Source of the DNA: Okamejei kenojei
Lineage: Eukaryota
Reading direction: 5' to 3'
Assembly (NCBI GenBank): GCA_035221665.1
Contig: CM069138.1
Coordinates: forward strand, 43,772,001 to 43,836,000
DNA: 64,000 nt
Part shown: piece by piece, positions 1-11,845 of the stretch
How the letters are laid out: every line of letters begins with the position of its first letter
Position numbering within the stretch: position 1 is the first letter of the stretch
Notes under the pieces: generated by a model
Told to the model about the DNA's origin: nothing
Databases searched by the model: none
What the model saw: only the letters and a program-made list of their open reading frames with translations
Translations under genes and position numbers: made by a program

Positions 1-1077
1 TCCCTCTGCAATTGGATCCTCGACTTCCTCATTCACAGACCACAGTCTGTTCGTATTGGTGGAAATGTGTCAGACTCGATAACAATCAGCACGGGAGCAC
101 CTCAAGGCTGCGTGCTCAGCCCCCTGCTGTACTCACTCTATACTCATGACTGCGTAGCCGGTCATTGTGCGAACTCCATCATCAGGTTCGCTGTTGTGGG
201 ACGTATCACTGATGGGGATGAGTCGGAGCACAGAAGAGAGATCGAGCGACTGTCCATATGGTACCAGCACAATAACCTGGCCCTGAACACCAGCAAAACC
301 AAGGAACTGATTGTGGACTTTGGAAGGAGTAGGATGGGGACCCACAGTCCTGTTTATATCAATGGGTCGATGGTTGAAAGGGTCAAGAGCTTCAAATTCC
401 TGGGCGTGCACATCTGTGAAGATCTTTCCTGGTCCGAGAACACAGATCCAATTATTAAGAAAGCTCATCTGCGCCTCTACTTCCTGAGAAGATTACGGAG
501 AGTCGGTCTGTCAAGGAGGACTCTCTCTAACTTCTACAGGTGCACAGTAGAGAGCAAGCTGACCGGTTGCATCGTGGCTTGGTTCGGCAACTTGAGTGCC
601 CTGGAGAGGAAAAGACTACAAAAAGTAGTAAACACTGCCCAGTCCATCATCGGCTCTGACCTTCCTTCCATGGAGGGGATCTACCACAGCCGTTGCCTCA
701 AAAAGGCTGGCAGCATCATCAAGGACCCACACCACCCTGGCCACACACTCATCTCCCTGCTACCTTCGGGTAGAAGGTACAGGAGCCTGAGAACTGCAAC
801 GACCCGGTTCAGGAATAGCTACTTCCCCACCGCCATCAGGCTATTAAACCTGACTCGGACAAAACTTTGAACATTAATACCCCTCCATCTGTTATTTGCA
901 CTTTATTAATTTATTAATTAATGTGTGTATTTAAGTATATAACTGTAGTCAATGCCTACTATGTTCTGTTGTGCTATGCAAAGAAAGAATGTCATTGTCC
1001 TGTCAGGGACACATGACAATAAACTCTTTTGACTTGACTTGACGACTTTGACTCTTTTGACTTTGACTTGACTTGAT
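1..1077 (+). mobile_element. Rex1/Babar-type non-LTR retrotransposon, 3' part (defective RT)
   Basis: ORF 67-870 has [29 protein letters not shown] and [15 protein letters not shown]; the catalytic FADDTT is deleted (IIRFAVVGR); 3' end is AATAAA followed by a (GACTT)n tail. Confidence 0.85.
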
Positions 1078-1800
1078 GATGTAGACATCTTGTCGATGAT
1101 GACTTTCACATCTATCTCATCTGCTACCGCCTCGAACGTCAGGATATTGCAGATTTGCATGCCATCCGGTCCAACAGTATGCAGGAATACTGCTTTTTGA
1201 TACTGTTTCTCCTTCTTATCCAATTCTGTTATCACTGCATAATTTTCATACATTTGTTTAAACATTTTCCACTCTTCCACCCTGTTCTCTTCAAGCTTTA
1301 GATTGGGTGGTAAGATGGACTGGTCTGTGCCATTTTGAAATATCAGCATATTCCCTCGCTCTTACTAGCTTACTTTATCTTTAAGCAGACTCACAGCACG
1401 TTGTTTTAAACTTCGACTCCCACAGTGCTGATTTACACGCAGCGTTTTATCTTTGTGTGTTCACTGACCTGCATTCACTCATGCATGCAGTTAGTCCAGT
1501 CGCTGAGTGTTGAAACATTCATTTCTGAAAGCTTTTCAAGGCATTGTTTCTAATCATCATAGTGTCTATTTGATTCACCAATGATCACTTTCACCACTAC
1601 CACCATGTTTTGATATCTGTCTGTTTATAAAATAAGTAAACTAGTACATAATATACAAGGAAAGATGGCTGCACACACACTCGTGTTGGAATCAAAAACA
1701 GGAATGATTTATTTCCAAGTCAAAGATCACTGACTGATTTACTGAGGCTGTGCGGGAAATGCTCACAGATCATATGCATAAATTACATGGATATTGTCAC
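1078..1800 (-). mobile_element. Gypsy-like LTR retrotransposon 5' fragment (LTR end, PBS, gag N-terminus)
   Basis: gag-like PPNLKLEENRVEEWKMFKQMYENYAVIT...AVFLHTVGPDG (1349-1078); ...AAACA|TGGTGGTAGTGG LTR/PBS junction at 1606/1605; cut off by the Rex1 tail; LTR 5' limit uncertain. Confidence 0.7.
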
Positions 1801-2029
1801 GATATATTTTGGTAGGTTAACATTTTTTTTAAAGTGCGGACAATAGGTGGCTTGAAGTTCATAACATTTGATCTTACCTGAAGGAAAGTTTGGAGGGTTT
1901 TGTTTTTTTCTGTGGGTGCCCTCTGCATTGTTTCCTGGTGAAGAGGTTTGAGTACTATACCTGAGAACAGAGTCTGGGAGAATTTGGATAAAGTCGATTT
2001 TCGTAAGTCAGGCCTTCCATAAGTTGCTG

Positions 2030-2535
2030 TATAGTAATAACTATACTTGGGCTTGAGAGTTTCTGGTTAAACTATGGGCAGAGGTGCCTCCAAAATAGTA
2101 CTATTCACTGAGGGGCGCAGCCCCGAAGTGAATAGTACTATTTGTAGTTTAAACCAGGAATAAGGCCAAGGATATTTGTTTATATTTGGGATGAATAATT
2201 GCTTACCTTAAGTTGAAACTATTGAGGTGAAATTATACGCAAGCGGGTTTTCCGAAAATGCCCTTTCAGCGGGCGATCTCCCGACGAAAGCGGCAGAGTT
2301 GGAGTCACTGCACTTGTCGATGGCGCTGTAGCCGTGGCAGCGCGAGAGTTTTTACATGCACGCGGAGCTGTGACATGATTTCCCGACATAGTAAATGCTA
2401 TTTACAAAATGTCGTCATAAAAGTGATGTCATTTTGTAAATAGTACATCGTTGGAGTGTCAGCCCAACATTCTAAAATAGTTGAAATTATATCAAATCAC
2501 GTGACGCTCTCTCGACCAATTATAGTAATAACTAT
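2030..2535. mobile_element. Non-autonomous Crypton-like DNA element
   Basis: 15-bp terminal direct repeats TATAGTAATAACTAT (2030-2044, 2521-2535); internal perfect 17-bp inverted repeat (2093-2109/2127-2143) around a GGGGC-GCA-GCCCC hairpin. Confidence 0.55.
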
Positions 2536-2988
2536 GTCACTGTTGGTGGGGTTTATTGATTGATTGAAAGATACAGCAGGAAACAGGCCCTTTGGCACAC
2601 CAAGTCCAAGTTGACCGTTGATCACCCATTCACTTCTATGTTATCCCACTTTCACACTCACTCCCTACACACCAGGGGCAAAACTTTGCAGCAGCTAATT
2701 AACTTTTTTGGGAACATTTTCCGCATGTCTTTGGGTAGTGGAATGAACATGAGCTCCCTGAGGAAACCAACATGGTCACCGTGAGGACATGCAAACTCCA
2801 TACAGACAGCATCTGCGGTCAGGTTCTCTGGTGCTTTGAGGCAGCTCTACCAGCTTCACCACTGTGCCGCCCAGAATGTGGGTGTACCTTAAGCATCAGT
2901 TGTGCATGCACATGTCTTGTAATGTTATTTCTACCGAGCTTGCAGTTTGGTAAGCATAAAGGCTTTATCTGCCTTAAACATGTAAATA

Positions 2989-3129
2989 GGGCTGGGAGAT
3001 TGCAACCTTCACATGGTCCGCCCTGTTTCGACGAATGCAATCAACCTGGCGTGCACAATCAAGTAAGATCAAATAGAACAAGTTGTCCTACAACTTTAGG
3101 CTGTGCACGCCATACGCAATAAGAAGAAG
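2989..3129 (+). mobile_element. Short retroposon insertion with Vingi-like 3' end
   Basis: 13-bp TSD AAACATGTAAATA (2976-2988, 3130-3142); ends in CATACGCAAT(AAG)n. Confidence 0.65.
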
Positions 3130-3349
3130 AAACATGTAAATACAAAATTATAATCCCTCCTATAATGATTTCATCTATAAAGGCAGAAGATGTGAATGCA
3201 GTTATTACCTCACATATTCTACGGAGAAAAGGAAGTTACTACCACTTACTATCAAGGTCCCAAGGTACTACTCTCATTCATGTGGAAAGAACATGCATTT
3301 CGAACAGTGCCTCCCAGCAAATGCCAAAGTGCAAGCCAACCAGTGAGGT

Positions 3350-3560
3350 AGTTTTGTAGAGCAGTCACTGCTGCAGTTTGGAAAAGCTAAGCTAAGCTCA
3401 ACAGCTATTACAAACAATCTGTTCTTTAGCAATCTGTACTGAAAGATAAATATTGGTCATGAGGACAGGGAGAACGCTCCTATCCATCTTAAAAATAGTA
3501 CCATGACATTTTTATGTCTTGAGAAATCAGGCAAACTCGTCAACTAAAAGGCAACAGTGC
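3350..3560 (-). mobile_element. Degenerate DeuSINE-family relic
   Basis: gataaatattggtcatgaggacagggagaacgctcc...aaaatagtaccatgacattttta resembles the reverse complement of the Deu core as remembered. Confidence 0.55.
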
Positions 3561-4779
3561 ATGATTCTTGATGGCTGTTCTGGGAGCATTGGTATGGATT
3601 ACATGCATGTGTTTTGGGAATTACTCAAACTGTACTGAAACAGAAGGAAGAATACTAAGTCCGTTGACATCAATATCTCCCTCGAGTTATTTTTTAGATT
3701 GAACCACAGTTGAAATATGCGCACCATTGAATAAACAATAATAAGTGCAAGAAACTACACGTCAGCATCAGATTGTTGAACTGAAATGTAATGTGACATT
3801 AAATTGCTTATGATAGTTTGCTCCAATGCAGATTTGCTTCCACCCTTTGTGCAATAACTTTCATCAAACTTTACCTCTACTCAGAGTAGAAGGGAATAGT
3901 CTGAATAAAGAGGCAGAGGGAAGGAGTGAGGCACTAGCGAGCAGGCGATAGGTGGATGCAGTTGAGGTGGGGTTGATTGGGGGGTAGGGATGGGGGTAAT
4001 GGCACCAGAGGAGCACATAAGGCTACAGATTTGGGAATCTGATAGGAAAGGAAGGAAAGGAATAGACAAAGGGATAAGGCTGTATGGTACAGGGGAGGAG
4101 AGTATTAAATGGGAGGGAAAAAAACAGGGTAATGGGGCTGGGAGTCAGCTGAGAAGAAGGGTACATATGAGAGGAATGGGGTAGATAGGAGAGAGAGGGA
4201 AAGAGGGGGATTACTGATTTTCAACAATTTGATCAAATCACCACAATATCTTTCAAGTTGAAGTGGATACCAGCCACATTGATGCAAACCGTCCTTGTAA
4301 ACACTCCTGTGTACCCCCTTACTCTGTTGTGGGTAGGTTGAAATTCTGGTGATGGTCTGTAACTGGTCATAAAATGATTCAAGCTCATTTGCCCCAAAGT
4401 AGTTTGGAATAAAAATGGCCCATACTCTGTAAATATCCAGCTGGCTGCTGCCACGTCCATAAGAACGTATTGAATCTGTCTATGCCATATTAATTTGCAT
4501 TTTTTCCATTTACTTGGCATTTTGAAGGCTGGAGGCTTATCATCTGCCATTAATAGACTCATGTGTTCTGATCTCTACACACAGACAGACACATTTAATG
4601 AAATGAAACAATCAGTCACTAAATAAATGCCACATATGCAGTCAGATAGACATTCAACTCACAACTATGCCTTTTTAACATAAGTATGCTGCACTGTCAG
4701 TGGTTCAGGAGAGAGAGTTTGAGGGTTAAAGCAAGGAAGTTCAAACAACATAGTAGTTCTCCTCAACATCCTGACTGCT

Positions 4780-4950
4780 ACTTATCATTAGGTCAACCTC
4801 CTCGGAATAAATTATTTGGTCATTTATCTCCTTGCTGTTTGAGAACCTCGCGAGGTGCAAATTTCCAGCCATTGTTTCTACACAACAGCAACTAGTCTTC
4901 AGAAACCCAGAAAGATTTTTTGATATTTATGAGAATTGAACGATATGGGT
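4780..4950 (+). mobile_element. Degenerate DeuSINE-family 3' relic
   Basis: attatttggtcatttatctccttgctgtttgaga...gtgcaaatttccagccattgtttctacacaacagc resembles the Deu 3' region. Confidence 0.45.
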
Positions 4951-5749
4951 TTAGTGGAGGAAAGTGATGCTTCTATTTCTCATGAAAGCAGTCTACGGCA
5001 TTTTGAGGCAGTGATGGATGCTGCAGAAATGCCACTCTTCCTTGCTGCTCCAGGCGCATTACGATTCAAGCTTTTCCTTGAGCTATGCAGCAAGGAAACA
5101 GGCCCCTCAGCCCAACCCGTCCATGCAGATCAACATGTCCCATCTACTCTGGTCCCATCTGTCTGTGTTCGGCCCATACCCCTCTAAATCTTTCCTATCC
5201 AAGTGTCTTTTATGTGGCTTTTTGTGATTCCATTGGATCAGTAACAATCATGGCTCACATTGGATTCATCCAGGCATTCCCATGAAAGCAAATCTGCTGC
5301 AAATCAGATATTTGTCAAGCATTAATAGAAATAATTATTTAACTTTGGTCTTATAACGTTTTGAGGATAGATTCCTTCCAGATTCATATCTTCACCAAGA
5401 TGTGCTTGCTTTTTTTCAGTAGCTCTAGCTCAAACTCATCAAGTTCTGTTTATGTTACACCTTAGCCATCAGCATTTTAAAGATTGTGATCAAAGCCCTT
5501 TCTCAATCTTCTGTTTCTGAAACAAAAAAGTTTTATATTCACCTTAAAAATAAAATTGGGTCCAACAACAATTAAACTTCAATAACTTCTTATGCATCAG
5601 TTGAGACTGGCTGATCCAATTAAGGCATTAGCAGGACATACTGGCAGGGTAAAGGGAAGGTATGTTTTAAAGTAATCTTTGGGAGGCCACAATTCTTCCA
5701 AAAAATTCAGGATCACTTTCGCCCTGGGCTCCACCCTACTTAGCCCTAC

Positions 5750-6960
5750 TGAACTAATGGATGTGGTCTCCATTGACTTTAGTAGGACATTTGATAAGGT
5801 CCCTAAAGGTAGGCTGATCCAGAAGATTAAGATGCCAGGGATCAATAATGACTTTGTAGTTTGGATTCAGAACCGCCTTACCCATAGGAGATAGAGGGTG
5901 GTGGTGAAAAGTGTCGCTCAGACAGTAGAGTTGTGACCAGTGCAGCTCCATAGGGATCTCTGTTGTTAATGGCACATTCAAGGACATAAATGTAGTTGGC
6001 TTGGTTCTTAAGTTTTCTGATGACACCAAAATTGGCGAAGTTGTAGACAATGAGGAAGGATAGGATACAGTGGAATGTAAATCTGTGAGAGATGTGAGCA
6101 GAGAAGTGTCAGATGGAGTTTAATCCGAGTATCAGGTATTCCACTTTGGGAGAGTAGTTGTAATGGAAAAGTATATAGTTAATGGCAAGACCATTAATAG
6201 TGTTGATGTACAGAGGGAAAGTACCATCACATGTAGATAGATTGGTAAAGAAGGCATATGGTATGTTTGGCTTAATCGGTTGGGAAATTAAGTATGAGTC
6301 ACAAAGTCTAAGCTTTATAAAACGTTGGTTAGGCTTTCTTTGGAGTATTATGTGCAGTTCTGATCACCACATTAGGAAGGATGTGGAGGCTTTGGAGAAG
6401 GTGCAGTAGAGGTTTACCAAGATGATGCCTGGATTAGAAGATATTAGCTACAAGGAGAGGTTGAACAGACTTGGATTGTTTTCCGGAGTGATGGAGGTCA
6501 AGTTAGAGACCTGATAGAAGTTTATACAATTAAGAAGCATAGATAGGGTAGACAGTCAGAATCTTTATCCCAGGGTGGAAATGTCAACGACTAGAGGGCG
6601 GTACGGTGGTGCAGCGATAGAGCTGCTGCCTTACAGCACCAGAGACCTAGGTTCAATCCTGACTACAAGTGCTCGTCCGTACGGAGTTTGTACGTTCTCT
6701 CCCTGACCTGTGTGGGTTTTCACTTTGATCTTCGGTTTCCTCCCACACTCCAAAGACATACAGGTTTGTAGGTTAATTGGCTTGGTGTAAATGTAAAATT
6801 GTCCCTAGTGTGTGTGTGTAGGATAGTGTTAGTGTGTGCGGGATCGCTGGTCAGTGTGGACCCGGTGGGCTGTAGGGCCTGTTTCCATGCAGTATCTCTA
6901 AACTAAACTAAACTAGAGGACATAGCTTTAAGACAGAGGGGGGAAAGATAAAGATGTGCA
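5750..6960 (+). mobile_element. Degenerate CR1 LINE RT fragment, interrupted by a V-SINE
   Basis: DVVSIDFSRTFDKVP, FSDDTKIG and LEKVQ*RFTKMMPG motifs with stops and frameshifts. Confidence 0.8.
6598..6911 (+). mobile_element. V-SINE (HE1-like, tRNA-derived)
   Basis: tRNA-like head GGTGGTGCAGCGATAGAG...GGTTCAATCC, V core GTGGGTTTT...GGTTTCCTCCCACACTCCAAAGAC, CR1-like tail with (TAAAC)n; TSD ACTAGAGG (6590-6597, 6912-6919). Other copies near 2560, 20050, 26400, 32700, 40650, 41260, 46505, 47790, 49355, 53690, 54940, 55960, 57480 and 59090. Confidence 0.85.
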
Positions 6961-7789
6961 GAGACTGAAGAAGGGTCCCAACCTGAAACATCACTCATCC
7001 TTTTTCTCTAGAGATGCTGCCTGACCCGTTGAGTTACTCCAGCACTTTGTGTATATTTTTGGTGTAAACCAGCATCTGCAGTTCTTTGTTTCTTTCTACA
7101 GAGAATCCTTGAACTTGCTATCAAGTTCAACATGAAATTGTGGGCTAAAGGGTCTGCCCTCCTCTCCCACCCCTCCTTTGACAATTCCAAACGGCTCAGG
7201 TGTCATTGATCACCCACTGTTCACATCAGCTATCAAAAACCCATTTGCGCTAATCCTTTTCTCTTATTCTCCCCACATTCGCATCAACTCCCACAAATTC
7301 TGCCACTAAAAAACACATTAGGGGAGCAATTTACCAGTGGCCAATTAACCTATCAACCCATGTGTCTTGGGACGGAGAGATAGAAACAGGAATTGCTGGC
7401 CTCAGCAATTCAGATAGCAGCTTTGGAAGAAAAAAACAGTCAATGCCAACCCAATATATTGAATGTTTCTCTTTCCAAAGATGCTGCCTGACTTTCTGAA
7501 TTGTTTGCCAGCATTTTGTGGCCTGAAATGGTAGTTCTCACCTCACATATTGGATCGGTGTTGAATGCGTCCCTTTCCAAACATGCTGCCCAGCCTGCTG
7601 ATCATTTCCGTTATCTTGCGCGTTACTTTAATAAAATGAAAGAAAAGTAGATTGATGAAACACGTGACGCTTGTTTGATAAATATATTAGCAGACTTTAG
7701 GTGCAGTAGCTGGCAATGGCATATTTTGGTGAAAGTTATTCATGTGGAAGTAACCTTTTAAGACGTAAATTTTGAACAGCTTGTTGCTT

Positions 7790-8130
7790 TTCTAAAATAC
7801 CAGCACATACCCGCGGTCTAGGTTTAAGCTCAGGGGTGACCGTGCTTTTGCGGTTGCAGCACCCAGACTGTGGAATAGCATCCCGCTCCTCATCAGAACT
7901 GCCCCCTCCATCCACTCCTTTAAGTCACGACTCAAAACCTATTTCTACTCCCTAGCGTTTCTGAGCCCCTCTGAGGGGGTGCTGTAAACAGTTTATGTAT
8001 GTATTGTTAGGTCTGTCTACCGTTGTATGTATCAAATTAGTACCTGCACTGATGTAAAGCACTTTGGTCAACGTGAGTTGTTTTTAAACGTGTTATAAAA
8101 ATACATTTATTATTATTATTATTATTATAA
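7790..8130 (+). mobile_element. L2-clade LINE 3' end
   Basis: Encodes GDRAFAVAAPRLWNSIP...FKSRLKTYFYSLAF; (TTA)n tail at about 8108-8128. Confidence 0.75.
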
Positions 8131-10104
8131 AAGAAATACAGAGGAGACTTCAGAGAATTTAAGAGCCATCTTTCAAGAATGCATGGATTTTTAGCATGAA
8201 GCAAAAGAACATTTATTGACAGATCACGTTTGGTTAATGCTGATTTCAGTGACAAGAATGCCACCCTATAGCAAATGAAAGGGCCACAACAGTCTGACAC
8301 AAGCTTAATGAGAGGTGTTGAGGAAATTGGAAAATAAGTCTGACACAATGAACTGCCGTTACTTTTGGCAGCAGGATGTTTTAGCATTGCACGCTGCAGA
8401 TGACATCTCAAAGCCATGCCACTATTTGTTTAAGATACACAGGTCATTGTATAAAATTTCGTTGTTATGGAGTAACAAGCACCGGATTAATTCAGAAGGT
8501 ACGATCCAATACGATAGAACTTTTTTTATCCCAGGAGGGAAATTGATCTGCCAACAGTCATAAAAATGAAACATGAAATTAAAATGACGAGTGGAAAGGA
8601 TTGGGGATGTGCAAAGATTTGGGGGGGGGGGGGGCGGAGTCAGTCTCAGGTAATGTAGTTCCCATATTGCCAGATTTTGGCCAAAGTGGCACATACCTGA
8701 AAATAAAAATGATGCAACCAATGGGTTTACATCACAGCCCCATACCTTCACCAATGTGGGGGAATTGATCTTTATGATAACTCACCACTCAACATCCCTA
8801 ATGGCCCTCTTGGTGTGGTGATCTGCATTCTTGAACTTGGTGCAGTCCTTCTGTCCAAATTGGTGTTGGAGGGGGAGAATAAGGAGTGGTGATATTTCCA
8901 GGTCAGGATGGTGTGTGACCTGGAGGGTAGCTGGTCCTGCAGGGGGTGCTGTTCCTCTTGCACTGCCCTACCCATTGCACATGCTGCGTCCCCTCTCTTC
9001 TCACTCAGACTGGGATTTGATAGGGCATAGGAGCAGAATTAGGCCATTCAGCCCATCGAGTCTGCTCTACCATGTGATAACGGCTGATCTACTTTTCCCT
9101 CTCAACCCCGTTCTCCTGCCTTCTCCCCATTACCTTTGATGTCCATACTAATTAAGAACCTTCCAGCTCCACTTTAAAAAATACCCAAAGATTTGGTTTC
9201 CAGAGCCGTCTGATTTCAACAGATTCACCACCCTCTGGCAAAAAAAATTCCTCCTCCTGTCTATTCTAAAGGTACATCCTTTTATTCTGAGATTTCAGTC
9301 AATATTAATGTTGAATCAGGTAATCTGAGATGAGTTAGCAGTTCACGTTGGCTGTCATGGTTAATGAGGGGTGATTGTGAGCAGAGGGGTTTTCAGCGGG
9401 ATTTTGTATTTGATTACTTTTCAAATGATCTGTTGGAAATAATGGCTTAAAAGAGACAAGCCCTAGACACATAGCAACACTTGCAACGTCCCACACAAAG
9501 TTGTCAAAAACACTCTCTAATTCTCACAAGTGTGTCCCTGTGGGTGATGGGTTGGGGTGAGCCTTAGTGGAAATGGTGTTGTCGAGGAATGGTCCCAGAA
9601 TGTGTTTGCATGGATTTCATTGGATAATGCTATTTTTTAAGCACAGCCTCTTCATCAAATTAAACTGAAAAAGATGCTGGCCGGCAATGACATCCTGGCA
9701 AGTCCGTGCACTCTGGATATCTGCTCAACTCCTTCAGTCTGAAGAAGGGTCTGGACTCAAAACATTATCCATTCCTTCTATCCAGACTCTGTCCCACTGA
9801 GTTACTCCAGCATTGTGTGTCTATCTTCGGTGTAAACCAGCAATTGCAGTTTCTTTCTACACAACTCCACTTCATGTTTTTAGTGAAGTGCTCGCAGAGT
9901 ATTAAGATAGAATCTGACCTGCTTTGGCTTTTGAAAACTCCTAGAATCACATTTGACTTTCCAATGCAGAGGCTGACTGTGTGACAGACCAGGCCACAGC
10001 TAGTCTGAGTAATCTGACTATTTCCACACAATCTGAACTTCCAATGTTCTGCCATACAAAAGGACTGGAAAATAAGTTCTCAGAGGGTGGGCGGTTTAAG
10101 AAAG

Positions 10105-10912
10105 AGCTGGAGGTGCTGGAAAAATTGAAGGTAGACAGCGGGTGAGGAAGCACCTATGGAGCTAAAGAATAGGCAACTTTTCTGGTCAAGACCCTTCTTC
10201 AGACTGATGTCGGGTGAAGGGGGGGGGGCGGGAAAAAGAAAGGAAGAGACGGACACAGTGGGCTGTGGGAGAGCTGGGAAGGGGAGGGGAAGGAAGGAGA
10301 AAGCAAGGACTACCTGAAATTGGAGAAGTCAATGTTCATACCGCTGGGATATAAACTACCCGAGCAAAATAGGAGGTGTTGTTCCTCCAATTTGCGGTGG
10401 GACTCACATGGAGGAGGCCCAGGACAGAAAGGTCGGATTCGGAATGTTGAGGGGGAGTTGAAGTGCTGAGCCACCGGGAGATCAGGTTGGTTATTGCGAA
10501 CTGAGCGGAGGTGTTGGGCGAAGCGATCGCCAAGCCTATGCTTGGTCTCACCGATGTAGAGTGATTGACACCTGGAACGGCGGATGCAATAAATGAGGTT
10601 GGAGGAGATACAGGTGAACCTCTGCCTCACCTGGAAAGACTGCTTAAGTCCTTGGATGGAGTTGAGGGGGGAGGTAAAGCGACAAGTATAGCATTTCCTG
10701 CTGTTGCAAGGGAAAGTACTGGGGGAGTGGATGGTTTAGGTGGGAAGGGACAAATTGACCAGGGAGTTACGGAGGGAACGGTCTCTACGGAAAGCAGATT
10801 GGGGAAGAGATGGGAAGATGTGGCCAGTGGTGGGATCCCGTTGGAGGTGGCGAAAATATCAGGGGATTATATGTTGTATGTGACGACTGGTAGGGTGGAA
10901 GGTGAGGACAAG
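10105..10912 (-). mobile_element. Penelope-like element (PLE), GIY-YIG endonuclease end plus pseudo-LTR
   Basis: FTCISSNLIYCIRRSRCQSLYIGETKHRLGDRFAQHLRSV...PVAQHFN. Confidence 0.85.
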
Positions 10913-11845
10913 GGCCTTCTCCATGGCCAGAGTGAGTCATAGACATAGAAACATAGAAAATAGGTGCAGGAGTAGGCCATTCGGCCCTTTGAGTCTGCAC
11001 CGCCATTCAATATGATCATGGCTGATCATCCAACTCAGTATCCTGTACCTGCCTTCTCTCCATACCCCCTGATCCCTTTAGCCACAAGGGCCACATCTAA
11101 CTCCCTCTTAAATATAGCCAATGAACTGGCCTCAACTACCTTCTGTGGAAGAGGACAGTCACACTCTGACTGTGGCAGAGTCCTACCACAAATTGGAGGA
11201 ACAACACCTCATATTTCGTTTGGGTAATTTACAACCCAGCAGTATGAACTTTGACTTATCTTCTTCTTCTGTCGTGTGTCTTTTAGACCTGCAGCCCCGT
11301 TGCAGCGAGCCAGGCCAACGTGTCATCGTCCAGGTCAATCAGACCTCGTTCACCATTCGGTGGGCGGTGTTTGGGGCAACTGGTGACAATGTGCTCCACT
11401 GTCTGTGTTGGGTCCCCACACTCGCAGGAGGCGCTGTCCACGAGGCCCCACCTCTTCATCGCTACTCCATAGCGTCCGATACCTGTCCTCAAGCGGTTGA
11501 GGGTTGTCCACTGCCTTCGGGGCAGGTCCTGGCCAGGGACGTCCATGGGGTCATCGATGTAATGGTGTAGCCTAAATGGTTCCACTGACTTCCACTGGTC
11601 TCTCCATCTTTGATGAACTTTGACTTCTCCAATTTCAGGTAGTCCTTGCTTTCTCCTTCATTCCCCTCCCCTTCCCAGCTCTCCCACAGCCTACTGTCTC
11701 CGCCTCTTCCTTTCTTTGTCCCGCCCTCTTCCCCCCCCCCCCCGACATCAGTCTGAAGAATGGTCTAGACCCGAAACGTCGCCTATTTCCTTCACTGCAT
11801 AGATGCTGCCTCACCCGCTGAGTTTCTCCAGCTTTTTGTCTACCT
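10913..11845 (+). mobile_element. Inverted Penelope 3' copy, interrupted by a CR1 tail (10939-11148) and a Vingi fragment
   Basis: HKLEEQHLIFRLGNLQPSSMNFD; 11613-11845 is the reverse complement of about 10105-10340. Confidence 0.8.
11258..11612 (-). mobile_element. 5'-truncated Vingi/Ingi-type LINE (C-terminal zinc knuckle)
   Basis: GQDLPRRQWTTLNRLRTGIGR...CECGDPTQTVEHIVTSCP; (GAA)n tail; 14-bp TSD ATGAACTTTGACTT (11244-11257, 11613-11626). Confidence 0.7.

Noticed and set aside
6598-6665. tRNA-like A/B boxes
   Set aside because: Head of a V-SINE, not a tRNA gene
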